This document shows positions 37,798-49,708 of a DNA stretch of 64,000 nt, piece by piece. The position numbers and the translations under genes were made by a program. Position 1 is the stretch's first letter. Each line of letters begins with the position of its first letter. Under the pieces are notes generated by a model. The model was given only the letters and a program-made list of their open reading frames with translations, was not told the origin of the DNA and searched no databases. Source of the stretch: Podospora anserina (Eukaryota); the NCBI GenBank assembly GCA_017654855.1, contig CM030332.1, forward strand, positions 5,766,001-5,830,000, given 5' to 3'.

Positions 37798-39270
37798 TCA
37801 GTAACCACTCCGAGTTCTTCCGTATGGTGGTGATGGGACAGATACGCTGTCGGGCTGATAAAGGCGGGATTGCAAAAGGCGTTGAAGGTAGAACAACCGA
37901 AGAGAAAGCGGGTCTAGCATCATTGCTGATCGTGTCCCAAGGTACCTAGCTAAAGCATCACAACACCGAAAGGCGCAGGTGTTACCGGTATAGTCCTGGA
38001 GAGGATGTAAAGTTGCCTCAAGGGGGCTAACTTGAAGTGCATCTTGATAGGCTACTTTGTACTCGTTCAGCATATCCTCGGTCATACCGTAAGCGATAAA
38101 CGTCTTTCGTTTCTTATCAATAATGGCAATAACCCAGTGATTATCGTTAACGTTATATGGCATGACAATACTGACAATACTGCCTCCTGCCGTGGCCTTT
38201 GCCGCCCTCTGAGGTGGGACTCCCAAAGTGTATTCTCCGAACTGTTCTAGTTCCAAACTCAACAGCTCATATAGGATACGTCCCGTAATCATTTTCCCGG
38301 ATTTAAACTGAAGCAAGTCGTCTCGAGGCCAGTGAGAGGCGCCAAACTTGATCAAAGTTGCGAGTTGCTCTCCAATAGTCCCAGAAAGCTCTGGTAAAGT
38401 GAGTCCCATAACCACTTCGTCAGTTTGCAAGGGTGGAGAAGAGATGTGGATCGGGTCGCCCGGATTGTCCCCACACCTCACTCGGTTGGGCGGGCTATCA
38501 GGAGAAAGATCCGTGACTGTGTGGCCGTATTCCCGCTCCGCTGCTATGTCTTGTCCATGATTGCTCGGGCGCATCGAGTCATCCCCGCCGTCGGATCTGG
38601 TACCGCGGATCAACGAATCGCTCGTAGAACCGAGCCGTCCGATGCCTTGCACGTCTGGTCCAGTCGGGACTTTGTTAGGCACCAAGGTAGGTTCACTGTG
38701 CCGACTGGAATTGAGCGAATTTCCTGTTTCCCACGAGTTTGCCGCGCTCGAGTTACTATGTCGAGACTCCTCCTTTCCGTCTCTGTAGTCCGTACGACCA
38801 ACAACCTGTTGTTTGGCTATCAGGCTATTGGGCAAGTGCGGCGGACTGTGCAAGGTGTGTTGGCTACTGGTTTGCCGGGAGCCATTGGGGGGATTGGCAG
38901 GTTCCGGGAGGTCTGCGGTCTCCGAGCAGTGCTGCGCGTTGTTGGAAGGCAAGTTGACGCTGGGTGGATTTACCCTCGATAGTTTTGGACTCGGTCCTAC
39001 AGTCGCATTCTGTGGTGAAGTAGAGGCTGCCGGGGCGTTGCTAGGCAGCGAGGCCCTACGTTCGCTGTGTTGGCTGGCACCGTTGCCTTCGTGTCTCGGC
39101 CGCTTAAGTCTTTCGGCCGCGTTGGGGTCTCCACATCGTTTCTTGCGGGGGTCTCGATTAGGTCTGGGTCGGAGCTGTTCTGTTGTTGTTTCGCCCGGGC
39201 AAAATGCCTGTCTGTTCCTGTCGTGGTTTACCGCCGTCAACTGTGTACCAGGCCCGCCCTGAGAAGCCAT
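37798..39270 (-). CDS. Ulp1/C48-like (SUMO-protease fold) protein with long disordered N-terminus
   Basis: IVMPYNVNDNHWVIAII (catalytic His) and LQDYTGNTCAF (Gln/Cys). The expected Asp position reads AYG, so activity is uncertain. Confidence 0.7.
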   Translation of the reverse strand: MASQGGPGTQLTAVNHDRNRQAFCPGETTTEQLRPRPNRDPRKKRCGDPNAAERLKRPRHEGNGASQHSERRASLPSNAPAASTSPQNATVGPSPKLSRVNPPSVNLPSNNAQHCSETADLPEPANPPNGSRQTSSQHTLHSPPHLPNSLIAKQQVVGRTDYRDGKEESRHSNSSAANSWETGNSLNSSRHSEPTLVPNKVPTGPDVQGIGRLGSTSDSLIRGTRSDGGDDSMRPSNHGQDIAAEREYGHTVTDLSPDSPPNRVRCGDNPGDPIHISSPPLQTDEVVMGLTLPELSGTIGEQLATLIKFGASHWPRDDLLQFKSGKMITGRILYELLSLELEQFGEYTLGVPPQRAAKATAGGSIVSIVMPYNVNDNHWVIAIIDKKRKTFIAYGMTEDMLNEYKVAYQDALQVSPLEATLHPLQDYTGNTCAFRCCDALARYLGTRSAMMLDPLSLRLFYLQRLLQSRLYQPDSVSVPSPPYGRTRSGY

Positions 39271-39684
39271 TGGCAACTCTTCACTTATCCCGTCGCTGTA
39301 TTGCGTGTCGTCTGCCTTGATGCCAGGAGAGGGAGCTGGTAGGCCGTGTGCAGATGTTAGTCTAGAAATATTAATAACATAACGAGTTTCCTAACCTTGG
39401 ACTTAAATAGGGGGAGTTTGTGGTAAGAAATGGATATTCAGCTTCCCATTCTTCAACCTCCTCAACGTTCTCCCTCCTTTCGTGCCGACCTCTTTGCCCA
39501 GGAGTGCAGATAATGGAATTTGTCCGGAGTTTATTTCGAGTTTCGGTATCTCATCTTTAAGTGTATTGTTATTTCTTCTCGATGAAAGTCGCGAGTAAGG
39601 TTTATCGTTCGTGAAGCCAGTTTTTGTGAGTCTGGCTCGCTATAAAGCTATGCACCAGAAACCGCTATTGCGACTTGCTATGCT

Positions 39685-40215
39685 GTGTCCGGTTATCTGG
39701 GGATCGAAAGGGGTCAAAGTCTGGTGCTCCAGAAGCACGTTGAACGAAAACGCCATAACCGAAAAGGGTCAAGCCACGGGCTACCACTGCGGGTTATTCT
39801 AGCTAGAATGACCCGCAGGGTCTTTGCAATCTTCGACTCGCGTGCAACCAATCCCATCCCCGCGGGATGCCCACTTTGCTATCCTGCACAGGAGAATAAA
39901 TGCCAATCCAACCAATCACCTGTGCCACTCAGGACCGGATTTGATAGATATCGACCAACGTCGTTCACTGGCGATATGCTTATCGGCCATATCAACCTCG
40001 TCAAAGTGCAGGCACCGCAGGACTACCAGATTGGATTCCAATCATACATTGAGGCTATGGCGGCTATTGCGCTCGGGAAGGCACCTGCATTGGAAGTGGT
40101 GGAACGGTTGGATCAAGCTGTCCAACTCCGCCAAGCAGCTCTCCGTTTGTTGAACGGCAAACCACCAATCACCTTCAACGCGGAGTCAAAATTTCTCGAT
40201 CGTGGCAGCTTCTAG
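39685..40215 (+). CDS. Hypothetical protein or remnant
   Basis: 176-codon ORF with a helical-looking C-terminal half. No motif recognised and the start is uncertain. Confidence 0.25.
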   Translation: MSGYLGIERGQSLVLQKHVERKRHNRKGSSHGLPLRVILARMTRRVFAIFDSRATNPIPAGCPLCYPAQENKCQSNQSPVPLRTGFDRYRPTSFTGDMLIGHINLVKVQAPQDYQIGFQSYIEAMAAIALGKAPALEVVERLDQAVQLRQAALRLLNGKPPITFNAESKFLDRGSF

Positions 40216-40634
40216 ACCAATGGGACACCCGCCTATGTAGCACAGCCCTCTCTCCTTGAAAGCATCATGAGCTTCCGCTTTGACCTGATGAGGGGGAAGT
40301 CGACAGCCGAAGCTAGCGTATACGTGACTTGAAGCGAGGCTGCATTCAATTCTTTGTGCATTTGCTAGAACAGCTAGGCCGGATATTCCGGCTAGGCTGC
40401 CTAACTTACCCAAAGCGGAGTACTGTAAATATTGAGAGCAGAGGTTACATTCTCAAGCCGGAGGTCGGCCTTGCCTGGCATGCGATTTGACTAAGGGAGA
40501 AGAGCTAAACGACAGATAAGTCCGGCCGCCCGGCTCCTACATAGAAACCCCTCCCACTCCCGTCAGTGCCCATCCATCCTTCCCGAGTGCACCCCCCACG
40601 TCTCACCATCGGCTAATAAACCAGAAGAGGACCG

Positions 40635-41641
40635 ATGGACCGGTGCGTGGAGACAGCAGCCGACTCTATGTCTCTCCTACAATCCACTTGTCCAAGTCTC
40701 TTCTACCTGGCTTGGAGAACCTGCTGCTCCGTCTGATCAGGTGGTCGACGATCTCACTACCCAGATATCCACAACCTCTTTTACCAAGAAACTTCCCAGT
40801 CGGGTCGAGGGAGTCCTTGACCTTGCAGCGTACGACTGGTCCGAGGTTGCCATAGACTCTACTCAAGAGCGTTTGCTTGCTACCCTCACTCATCGTCCCA
40901 CCGACCTCACCCGTGCTCCCAATAATCAAGGCGTTGCCTACAAGAGGCACGTCTGGGTCCGACGTCCTGCTTGTGTTCACGACTCCACCATGCCCAAAGG
41001 AGCTAATGCTTATTACGACATCTCTCTCCCATCAGGCTGCTCTTTGGTACCTCAAAATTTCCCCTCTAGATCCCAACCACGTGGCGGCTCCCCTATACCT
41101 TGAATGGTTCCTCCCTGATCTGACGAAGAAGGGGGGTAAGAAAGAGTGGCAGATGCTTTTCAAGGACATTGGTGCGGACAGGACTGTCACTGATCACATC
41201 TCCAAAGTGTTATCGACCAGTTCAGTTCGGCGGATTTTTGTCGAACGGTCCAATGGGTGGTTCTTCGGGCGCTGGCTCTTCGAAATCGTCAAGCGGGCTC
41301 ATCGCTCAAAAGGTTTATTTGTCCAGGCCACCGGGTTGCTGTAAGTACTGCCCTTCTGATCAGACTCAGGCTGACACTAACATGTGGGATTCAGTCATGC
41401 CAATCCATGTGATGAGTGCGATCAGAGCTATTGCCGGTCTTTCGTGACGTTTCCCGATGGAACCAAGACTGAGGTGATGTGGCCATACTTTGGTTGCGTG
41501 GGAAGAAAAGACTTCGATTGGAAATGTGGGAATTGCTAGCATAAGGGTATCCATTGCTCATGGTCCAGTGTCGATGAGGACAGCTATTACTTCGAGGATC
41601 TCGGCAGTGGTGGATTATCGAAATTGGATCGTGGTTCGTGA
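40635..41641 (+). pseudogene. Cys-cluster (DUF3716-like) protein pseudogene
   Basis: Intron 41341-41394 joins LFVQATGLL to HANPCDEC...WPYFGCV...KCGNC*HKGIHCSW, a DUF3716-like cysteine pattern. TAG at 41537 and upstream frameshifts. Confidence 0.6.
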
Positions 41642-42059
41642 GCCTGATTCCTGGTGGTGAGAAAGTCGATTGGGACCAGGAGTGGGAAGAACAGCGGGCT
41701 GAGTACAAAGCGCTTAGGAAACAGCAGCTGGATAAGAAGAAGGAGAGAAAAGAAAAGGAATAATCTTCCTCTACCTCTGATTAGAGGGAGGAGTATAAAG
41801 AGAAGAGAAGATAGGAAAAAAAGAAATAATAAGAAAAGAAAAAAATAAAACCAGAAAAATATAATACAATGATCTTTACCCCAAACAATCACCTCCCTTA
41901 GTGTCTTTCCTCCCTTTGAGAACAGACAGCTCCAACAGCTCTGTTCTCACAACACAAGCTTCAGTACCCTCTCAAAGAATAGCATGTGGCTGTGTAGCGA
42001 AGAGGCTGCGTTAATCTGGTTAAGTAAGAGACTAGTTAAATATTAGGATCCCAACACCC

Positions 42060-43225
42060 CGCTCAGCGAAGACGAACAAAACCTCCTCCGATCGATCCGC
42101 AAGGAATTCACAGTCGACGACGGTGTCATCTTCCCATCGAAAATTACGAACGATGCCCACGGCTCGTCAAAGCCTTCAAGTCCGTGATGTTCTCACATCG
42201 AGTCCCGAGGTTCTGGGAGAATTGGAGAGCTCTCTGTAGATTCTTCCACGATCAACAAGCTGTCATCGATTACGTTTAGAAGACGTGGATGCCATTCAAG
42301 GATCAGTGGGCTCAGTACGCCATCAAGCGCTACTTCAATTGCCGCGCCCGTACGACCTCACCTTCGGAGTCGACGAACATGAACATCAAGAGCTTCCTGG
42401 TCCACGGAAGAAGCGATCTCTTGCGCTTGTACTTTTGCGTTGAACAAATGGCTTCTGAGCAGCTTCGTTTGTATCGAACGGAAGTCGCCAATCAAGAAGT
42501 CAAAGTCCGCTACGATATGGTGAATCGCGAGTGGTTGGGACCTCTCCCTCGATTGATCTCTCTGAAGGCCTTGGAATTGCTGGTGAAGGAGTACCAGTAT
42601 GCCCTCGGCGGTCGCTCAATCAACAACCAACCTCCGCAAAAGCCACTTCAACCGTGCGATCGCGATTATTGTGTGGCCGAGCAGTACGGGCTTCCTTGCC
42701 GCCACGAGCTACTTCAATTGATGGAAGATGGCGGGAAACCTCTTGAACTGTGGGACATCCACCACGTGTGGCATCTTCATCGACCGGCAAGCTCACAACT
42801 CCCTGTTTACAGTGGTAGAATACAGCTAACCTTCTTGTTCACAGATCGCGGATCCATACTTGAAATTGAAGAACCCTCGAATGGCAGTTCCCAAAGGCAG
42901 ACCGAGGAATGGGCCTGACGGGGTTCCTGTTCGCTCAACACCACGGTCAACGCCGAATCAGCGGCAAACTACTACAACCCCGAAGGCCCCGCGCAAGAAG
43001 AAGACCAAATTACCGAAAATCCACGAGAAAGCGCCTCGCCGGCTTACGAGCAGTATACGGCGCCGGCTCTCCGAATTCGAACAAGACGTGAATGAAGAAC
43101 CCGCTCCTCAAGCCGCTGCCAACGAAACCGCCGAAGTAATCGAGATCTCCGAGAGCTCCAAGCCCTCTTTTCTCGTGATGACCGACTTCTTAACCTCGCA
43201 TTTTGATTTCAGAAGCACCACCTGA
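42060..43225 (+). mobile_element. MULE (Mutator-like) transposase remnant, C-terminal half
   Basis: WMPFKDQWA...YFN...TTSPSES.N..IKSFL, PC....C...YGLPCRH (SWIM-like), IHHVWHL and PKGRP. Frameshifts and stops upstream. Confidence 0.8.
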
Positions 43226-43410
43226 AGGGAGGGCTAACTCCCAGGCCACTATAGCGCGGGATATGGGTTTAGGCGTGGTTGCTTTTTGGTTTATTAATAT
43301 TATTTAACTTGGAAACTATCTCCCGCCCCAATCTAAGAACGCCTCCGGGGCCAACGATATGTTACCTTTCACATGGGAGATGGAACAATACGGCCACAAC
43401 CGCCACACTT

Positions 43411-43572
43411 CAGGATGTTGACATCAGACGGAATTCGTGATGTCCTTGTCGGATTTGGGTATGGGAGTCTGCTGATCCTGGACAGCGACTTTCCTCAACA
43501 ACAAACATATCAAGACTCCCATACCGAAGTCCCACGAGGGCATCGAGGATGCCGTCTGATGTCGACATCCTG
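43411..43572 (+). ncRNA. Candidate hairpin RNA (pre-milRNA/hpRNA-like): 60-nt arms, 42-nt loop
   Basis: 43411-43470 is the reverse complement of 43513-43572 at 50/60 positions, and 6 of the 10 differences form U:G pairs on the + strand. The inverted repeat is certain, whereas RNA function is inference. Confidence 0.45.
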
Positions 43573-44149
43573 TTGTCGCTGGTTACCGAAAGCAGATATA
43601 CTGAGTAACCTACTCCAGGCAAAATAAAATGGCGGCATCGTCCAGCAGCTCAACGAAATCTGGGGACTTTTGTTTCGATTAAGAAGGCGTCCTCCCGCTT
43701 AGGGGGCAGCGCGCCTTTCAAGAGAAGCTGGACATGGCAAGGAGGCGCGGAACATGAGAAGAACCTACCGGCTAGATGTGATGACCAACACAGGTCTGTA
43801 CAGTACTGTACTGTAAGAATCCGGAAGTGTGGTTTCATCTACAATCGCCTAAAGTGGGAGTGAACGTAGGGCATCGACCGTCCTGGTTGGCATCCAATAT
43901 TGGAGCTGGCTTGTAGCTGTACGCAGTGCCCGTGCGGAGACAGTTTGAACATTGAAATCATGGACACTGATTTCTGTCAAATCGTATATGGGGTCCAAAA
44001 AGGTGTCAATTCTGGTGTTGTACGAAGGTGAGTTGCCCGGGTGGCTGGAAAAGGCCGAACCCAGTGGCTCAGGTCCCACTGCCAAGATTCCTTAACAGTG
44101 AGCCCAATTGACTATTTTGACAATTTCGGTCCTACTGCCAAAAACGGCT

Positions 44150-44250
44150 TTTACATTTTGCTTGGCAGCCATATTGCCTCTCCGGCTTGCCTCTTCGCTC
44201 TGCCACAAATTCGAATCGGGCTCTTAGTGGGGATCGGAGGCGGCGTCCTT
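44150..44250 (+). pseudogene. PNP_UDP (purine nucleoside phosphorylase-like, NLR N-terminal) fragment
   Basis: LPQIRIGLLVGIGGGV matches the hallmark F..IR.GL.VGIGGGVP motif. Confidence 0.6.
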
Positions 44251-45776
44251 CCTTCCTGTATCTAACATATTGATGCTGCCTTTCCAATGGGCCTATTTGG
44301 CTCTAAGATTTAAGGCCCTGTCCATGTTAAAGGTCGTGAATCACGGGAGGAGACAGTTCATTTAGATAGCCCGCGGTCCAATAAGATCATGTTTCAGAGG
44401 TTCTGGGGGGATCGTCACAGAAATCCACAGGAATCAGCAACACATCCTTCGTATGGTATGCGCGGCACTATGCCTGGGGCCTGGGGTCGGTTTTGGATCC
44501 CAACATGCGAAATGAGCTCGTATTAACTCTCCGGCAAACTACCTGGTGTCTTCGTTCAAATACGACAATGAAAGCACAGAATGTCAAATTTCTAACCTAT
44601 AATTCTATAAGCACCAAACTGGTCCCCTAACACCTACTTTGATAACAACCCACGCAAGATCATGACGCCGCAAACGGCCAGTCCCGACCCCGGCGTGCAG
44701 CATGTTTGTGCCAGATGTCATAAATCTCTGGAGGAGCGAAAGGCCCCTTATGTTTTGTCGAAATGCTCATGTGTGAGTCTGAAGCACCTTCCTGAGCCAA
44801 GCTACTAACCAGATCCGCTAGGTAATCTGTTCCGAGTGCCGAGTGAGTTATAGGAGATTCTGTGGCCGGCAAAATATTATCTGCAACCTTTACGACCATT
44901 GTCAACACCAAGAGCAAAGTCCATTAATAATTTACGGAACGCAGTGCGCGATCTGCTGGGATCAGAAGCTGGATGACATCCTTGGTCGGCTGATCTGTGG
45001 TATGAAAACCAGTGGCTTCTTTGTTTACTCAGCTAACAATTTTAGGTCATGTATTCCACCCAGGATGCTTGCGTCAAGCCGCCAAATATGGTACTAGGTC
45101 TTGCGCGATGTGCAGGGACAGTTTTCAAGCCAAGGAGATTATGGTCCGGCCCACTGGGAGCGTGCTTAACCAGCAAAATAACACACAGCCTCATAGGCCG
45201 GCGATGGGGAAGGTCCGGGGGAAACTGACTGCCTAAATTTTGCCGCTTTGAAAGATAGTGAGGTGTCTGTATTAAGGTATCTTTTTGCCAAGAGAATGGG
45301 ATGTTGAGCTAGCCGGTACTGCTTCTTTAGGTCCTCGCGTACTAAGGCATATCTAATTTTAAAAACCCTTCAGCCCGCTCGTTATTATCGCCTTTAAAAT
45401 ATTCGTCGCACCATTTAGCGGCCCACCTCTCGATTATTTATAGTGAGTTGGTAAGACAGAGGCTGGCTCCAGACAACTCCTCAGATGTCCGGTACCAAAC
45501 AGCCTTAATGTTTAGGCGTTTGGCCGGATGCAGCTCATACCACAGTTTACGTTGGAGTGATTTGAGCACATCTTTAATCCTCGATTTGCTGCTCAGGCCC
45601 GACTCATGATCACAGTCCCAAACGATCTCTTGGCAGTGCACCCGAGATTGGCATGCTTACGTTATTGCCTTTATAAGTAACGCTCCCAAGGAGGGCAAAT
45701 AGATGTAGGTCTTGGTTTTCGGGTGGTATTTGTTATTTAATACCCAGTTGACCATGTAATCGGCACAGAGTGCCAC

Positions 45777-46220
45777 TGTCACAGTTAACCCAACAACAGG
45801 TCGCGCCACATGTGGGGTGCAGGACGTCCCTAGCCAATCATTAGAGAGGTCAGGAGACAGCCAATCAGGGCTGGACGAAAGTGCTATGGCGCCAAGACAC
45901 ACGAGCACTCTGCAGGATGCAAGATGCTACGAGTGATCAGAGGCATAGCACGACGAGCACTTCGCAGGATGCAATGTGCTATGGGTGATCGGGGCCGTAG
46001 CAGGGCGAGCACCTCATGGTCCCGAGGTCTATATATACGGAGGAACTGGCTGGTGTAGATAGACAGTTCCGCAGTATGCAATTCAAGCTTGTATTCACGA
46101 TATCTAGTGTTTACATTGAGACATCTTGTTGTGCACTGTTTAGCTGCACCGAGCCACGATTATTCAGAAGTGCCTTCGACCAGTATCCCTTTCAGAGGTT
46201 CTGGATAGGGGTTCGTCACA
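45777..46220 (+). mobile_element. Solo LTR (444 bp) with 5-bp target-site duplication GCCAC
   Basis: GCCAC|TGTCACAG...GTTCGTCACA|GCCAC, with TG...CA ends, internal CCAAT boxes and a TATATATA. Confidence 0.9.
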
Positions 46221-46669
46221 GCCACCCAAACGTTTTTGCTACCCTCTTTCGCAATCTCGAACCCTTTCAAGGTATCTATCGCTCACCAATCTTCCTTATC
46301 GGTCCAATCAGACCATTCCTTCCAGTTACGTCGTATCTGAGCGCTCCCGAAAACTAAAACAAGCGGGTGTATGTATATCTCCTTTGGACGAACGGTCTGT
46401 AGAAAGACCGCTGTCTTGTTAAAGGATGTGTAGGAAGTGGTCTGAAGAGGAAGAAATAACCGGCGGTTTTCGCTGACGATCTTATATGTCCCGGAGTTCC
46501 TTAAGAAGGAGAGGATTATTTAGGTCTTTAATTGGGATGGTGTAGCGATACTCCTTGGACGTTTTTGAGGAGGATGGCAGGAGTAGGTCGCTTGCTGAAC
46601 TAGTATTTCCTCTGCTGCTGAGTGGGTGCCGCTGAGATATGGCGTCCACTCCTCGAATGCCTCAATGTT

Positions 46670-46860
46670 CCCTTCGAGGCCTGGTACTACATGATCAACA
46701 CAAGTTGAAAGTGAACGGCTACCCTACCGACCAGAGTCGCACCGCGTACATCCGAATGAGGTTGGCTAGCGAGGCCGCCACGAACCCCATGCCCTATATG
46801 CGTGAGGGCCACCCCGACAGAATCACCACCTCCAACCAGCTTTTGCAGCACCTGAAAAGG
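46670..46860 (+). mobile_element. Ty3/Gypsy gag remnant
   Basis: FEAWYY.../KLKVN..YPTDQSRTAYI..RL..EAA....PY...HP...TTSNQLLQHL resembles fungal Gypsy Gag. Confidence 0.6.
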
Positions 46861-48250
46861 AGAGAGAGGCCAAGATTAACAATATCGTGGCCAACTGTGC
46901 GAGCAAGTCTGACAAGGAGAACGACGCCGCGACCACGCCCGTCACCTAACCCCTCCAGGGTCTGAATCTGTGATGGTCAGTGCACTTGATCAGAAAGAGA
47001 GTGAAGATAGTTATCTGGACAATTATCTGGGCGGAAAATCATTCGTAACGCCATGTACAATCGCTCTCTCTAACCACATGTGATGCTCTTCAAGATTCGG
47101 GAGCAAACGGAAACCTGTTCATGAGTGAACTATTTTCCAAGAGGATAAAGGACAACCTTCATGTCCAGGAAAAAAGAAACTTCGTGCCTAGCCCTGTCAA
47201 GTCCTTCGAGGGAAAGACGGTCCAAGATATCTGTGACAAGGGCTGGAGTGCAGGGCTTGGAACATAGGTTCAATTTCATTTCAATAATCTCCAGTAGCCT
47301 CAAGACCCTTGATGAGGAATCTTGTCATCCCACTGCTCTGCTCTTCCGCTCATGTAGTTATCTCTTTCATTGTAGTCCGTGCTTGTGATGACATTAGGTA
47401 TCTGCCAAGTTCAGCACATCCCTCCGATTATATATAAGCCAATGATGCCCTTGCTGCTAACGCTTGTAGCCTGTTGCTTGTTTCACTTCCCAACGAAGCC
47501 TTTGAGTGCTGTAAGCCACGATAAAGAACATACTGTATAAGTGCTGTATTTCAACAGGTACCTTAAGACAAGAGTCTTATATCGAGCTAGGCTCCTTTAA
47601 AATAAGATCTCGGGGAGCTGCGGTAGGGGTAGCTTGTGTTATACCGTGTTTATGCGAGAACGGACTGTTGCAACGGAACGGAGACTTTCCTTGCGTACGG
47701 GTGCTTGGGGACACTACGTTTCGATATTGATCGTTGGCGGCCTGCAGCCTCTCGGTGAACTGCATGCTTTCTGAAGATCGTGTAGCGCAGTTTGCTCGTG
47801 GTGTCGAGTCGGAGCAAATATTGAAGCCCGGGCGATAGAGTACGTCACCATAGATGTCACCAATAGCGCGGCGAACAGGATAATCGTCCATAACGAACCC
47901 CGAATCAATGAATAATGTAAATACTTTAATATTTTCGCGTAGGTTGCTAGTATTCCGTCATTTTAAATACTGCCTTCCCGGCAGGCGCAGAGAGCCGTTT
48001 CTAGAACCAGTTTGCCTGGGCAGAGAGGCAAGTCACGAGGTGATAGTCTTGATGCCGTCCGTGCCTACTCTAGCAGAAGCGCCTATCATGGCTCCCTTGG
48101 ATTGCATCGTGCACTACTGCAATTATATCCAGTTTGCCGCTCCGGTAAGGGCCCAGGGAACGTGGAGCTAAAAGTAAAGCTAGTAAAATTATATAAGCCT
48201 GGTCTCATTCTCTTAAGACAATGAGACCATCAGCCGGCTATCCAGGAAAA

Positions 48251-49236
48251 ATGACCTCGAAATCGTTGCCACAGCCTACTTACAGTGAATATCAGTTAAA
48301 CTTTCTCCGAAAAAACCCTAGTACCCGGGGGGCCGTAGGTCGTCTTCTCAAGCTCCAAGCGCGATACCATGCTCTCAATCAACAATACCAAGATAATATA
48401 TGGACAGTGGAGCAGTATCATTACGGCCGCTGCCAGGCTATCTTTCGTGATCGTCAGGCAATCATCAACGAAACAATAATCGGCTATCGGCAGAATAGTA
48501 GGACCACTTCATCAGGTTCGGCAGCAGGGTTATCCCGTTTCTGGCTTCGAGCATTGAAGCGTCATCCGACAGTTTCCCAATGGGTGCAGGCCAGTGATGA
48601 ACTAGCTCTCAGTTACCTCTGTGAAGTGCGAATCGAGTTTGTGAACTCGACGGATAGCAAAAGCTTTAGAATCTTATTCGATTTCACCGAGAACCCTTTC
48701 TTCCACAATCCCACCTTAACGAAGCAGTTTATCTATAAGAATGACTCTTCCAAGGACAACATCTACGGTGGGCTGTTGTATAGCAAAGCACCTGGGTGCG
48801 ATATTAACTGGAAACCTGGCCAGGACCTGACAAACGCTTCTAGTAGGTCAAGCCCTTTTCAGAGGACGCTTTTGTTCTGATCTTTACCTATGCAGATCTC
48901 AAGTCCTTCTTCGAGTTCTTTAAATCTACTTCCTTCGAAGTTGAGGAGAGCGAAGGTAATAGTGACGTGGAAGACGATGATAGCGATGGTACCTATGTGG
49001 ATACTGCGTACTCCGACGATGAGGACCAAGAATATGAGGACGATGATTCTGATAGCGACTTAGACTACGTAGACGAGCAGTCGACTTTGTATGAAGACTT
49101 CGAGCTTGGTGAGGAGATTAAGAATAGCCTTGTTCCGTACGCGGTTCACTGGTACACGGGAGAGGCACTTCTTTTTGAGGATGATGAGGGCGAAAATGAA
49201 GATGAAAGTGATATGGAGGAAGATAAAGTTGAATAA
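48251..49236 (+). CDS. NAP1: Nucleosome assembly protein (NAP1-family histone chaperone), divergent paralog; 2 exons
   Basis: FWL.AL..HP, FDF.ENPFF.N..LTK, GCDINWKPG.DLT, SFFEFF, DFELGEEIK..LVP.AV.WYTGEAL and acidic tracts. Intron 48843-48895 gives an open frame. Alternative ATG at 48221. Confidence 0.9.
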
Positions 49237-49668
49237 TTCCAGGGAACTACTCCTGTCCCAAGCTTGCGGGAGGAAGTATATCTTGATGTTAGTGTGGCGA
49301 AATCTGAAAAGGAGTAATGAGACGCCAGGGAAACATCAATATAATAATAACAATAATAATTTATTAACGCTCAGCGGCTAAGCCAAAAGGGAAAATCTTG
49401 CCGATTGAAGCATACATTCCCCAAGATATGCCCTGATCTCATTAAAGCCCATACAAAGTCCATTCTAGATGATGCACTCTCTACGGATTCTCGTGGGTTA
49501 GTAGGATTGTTGGTAGGCTGGCTTGAAGTCGGTTCTTCAAGTGTTCAACGTCCTATCTTCGGCGGCTGTGCCAGCTGTCCGTGGCACGAGGTGATATACC
49601 TGGGCGAGATCATTCGCATACCCCTTATATCGGGCCCGAGCTGCACCATATTGGCTCCGCTCAGGCCG

Positions 49669-49708
49669 ACCTGTCACGGGTAGCACAGGTTGACAGGTTA
49701 ATGACAGT
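49669..49708 (+). repeat. 40-bp inverted repeat, left copy (right copy 56724-56763)
   Basis: ACCTGTCACGGGTAGCACAGGTTGACAGGTTAATGACAGT is 37/40 identical to the reverse complement of 56724-56763. Confidence 0.85.

Noticed and set aside
44380-44600. Possible DUF3505/RecQ-associated zinc-finger remnant on the minus strand
   Set aside because: The similarity is too fragmentary to support.
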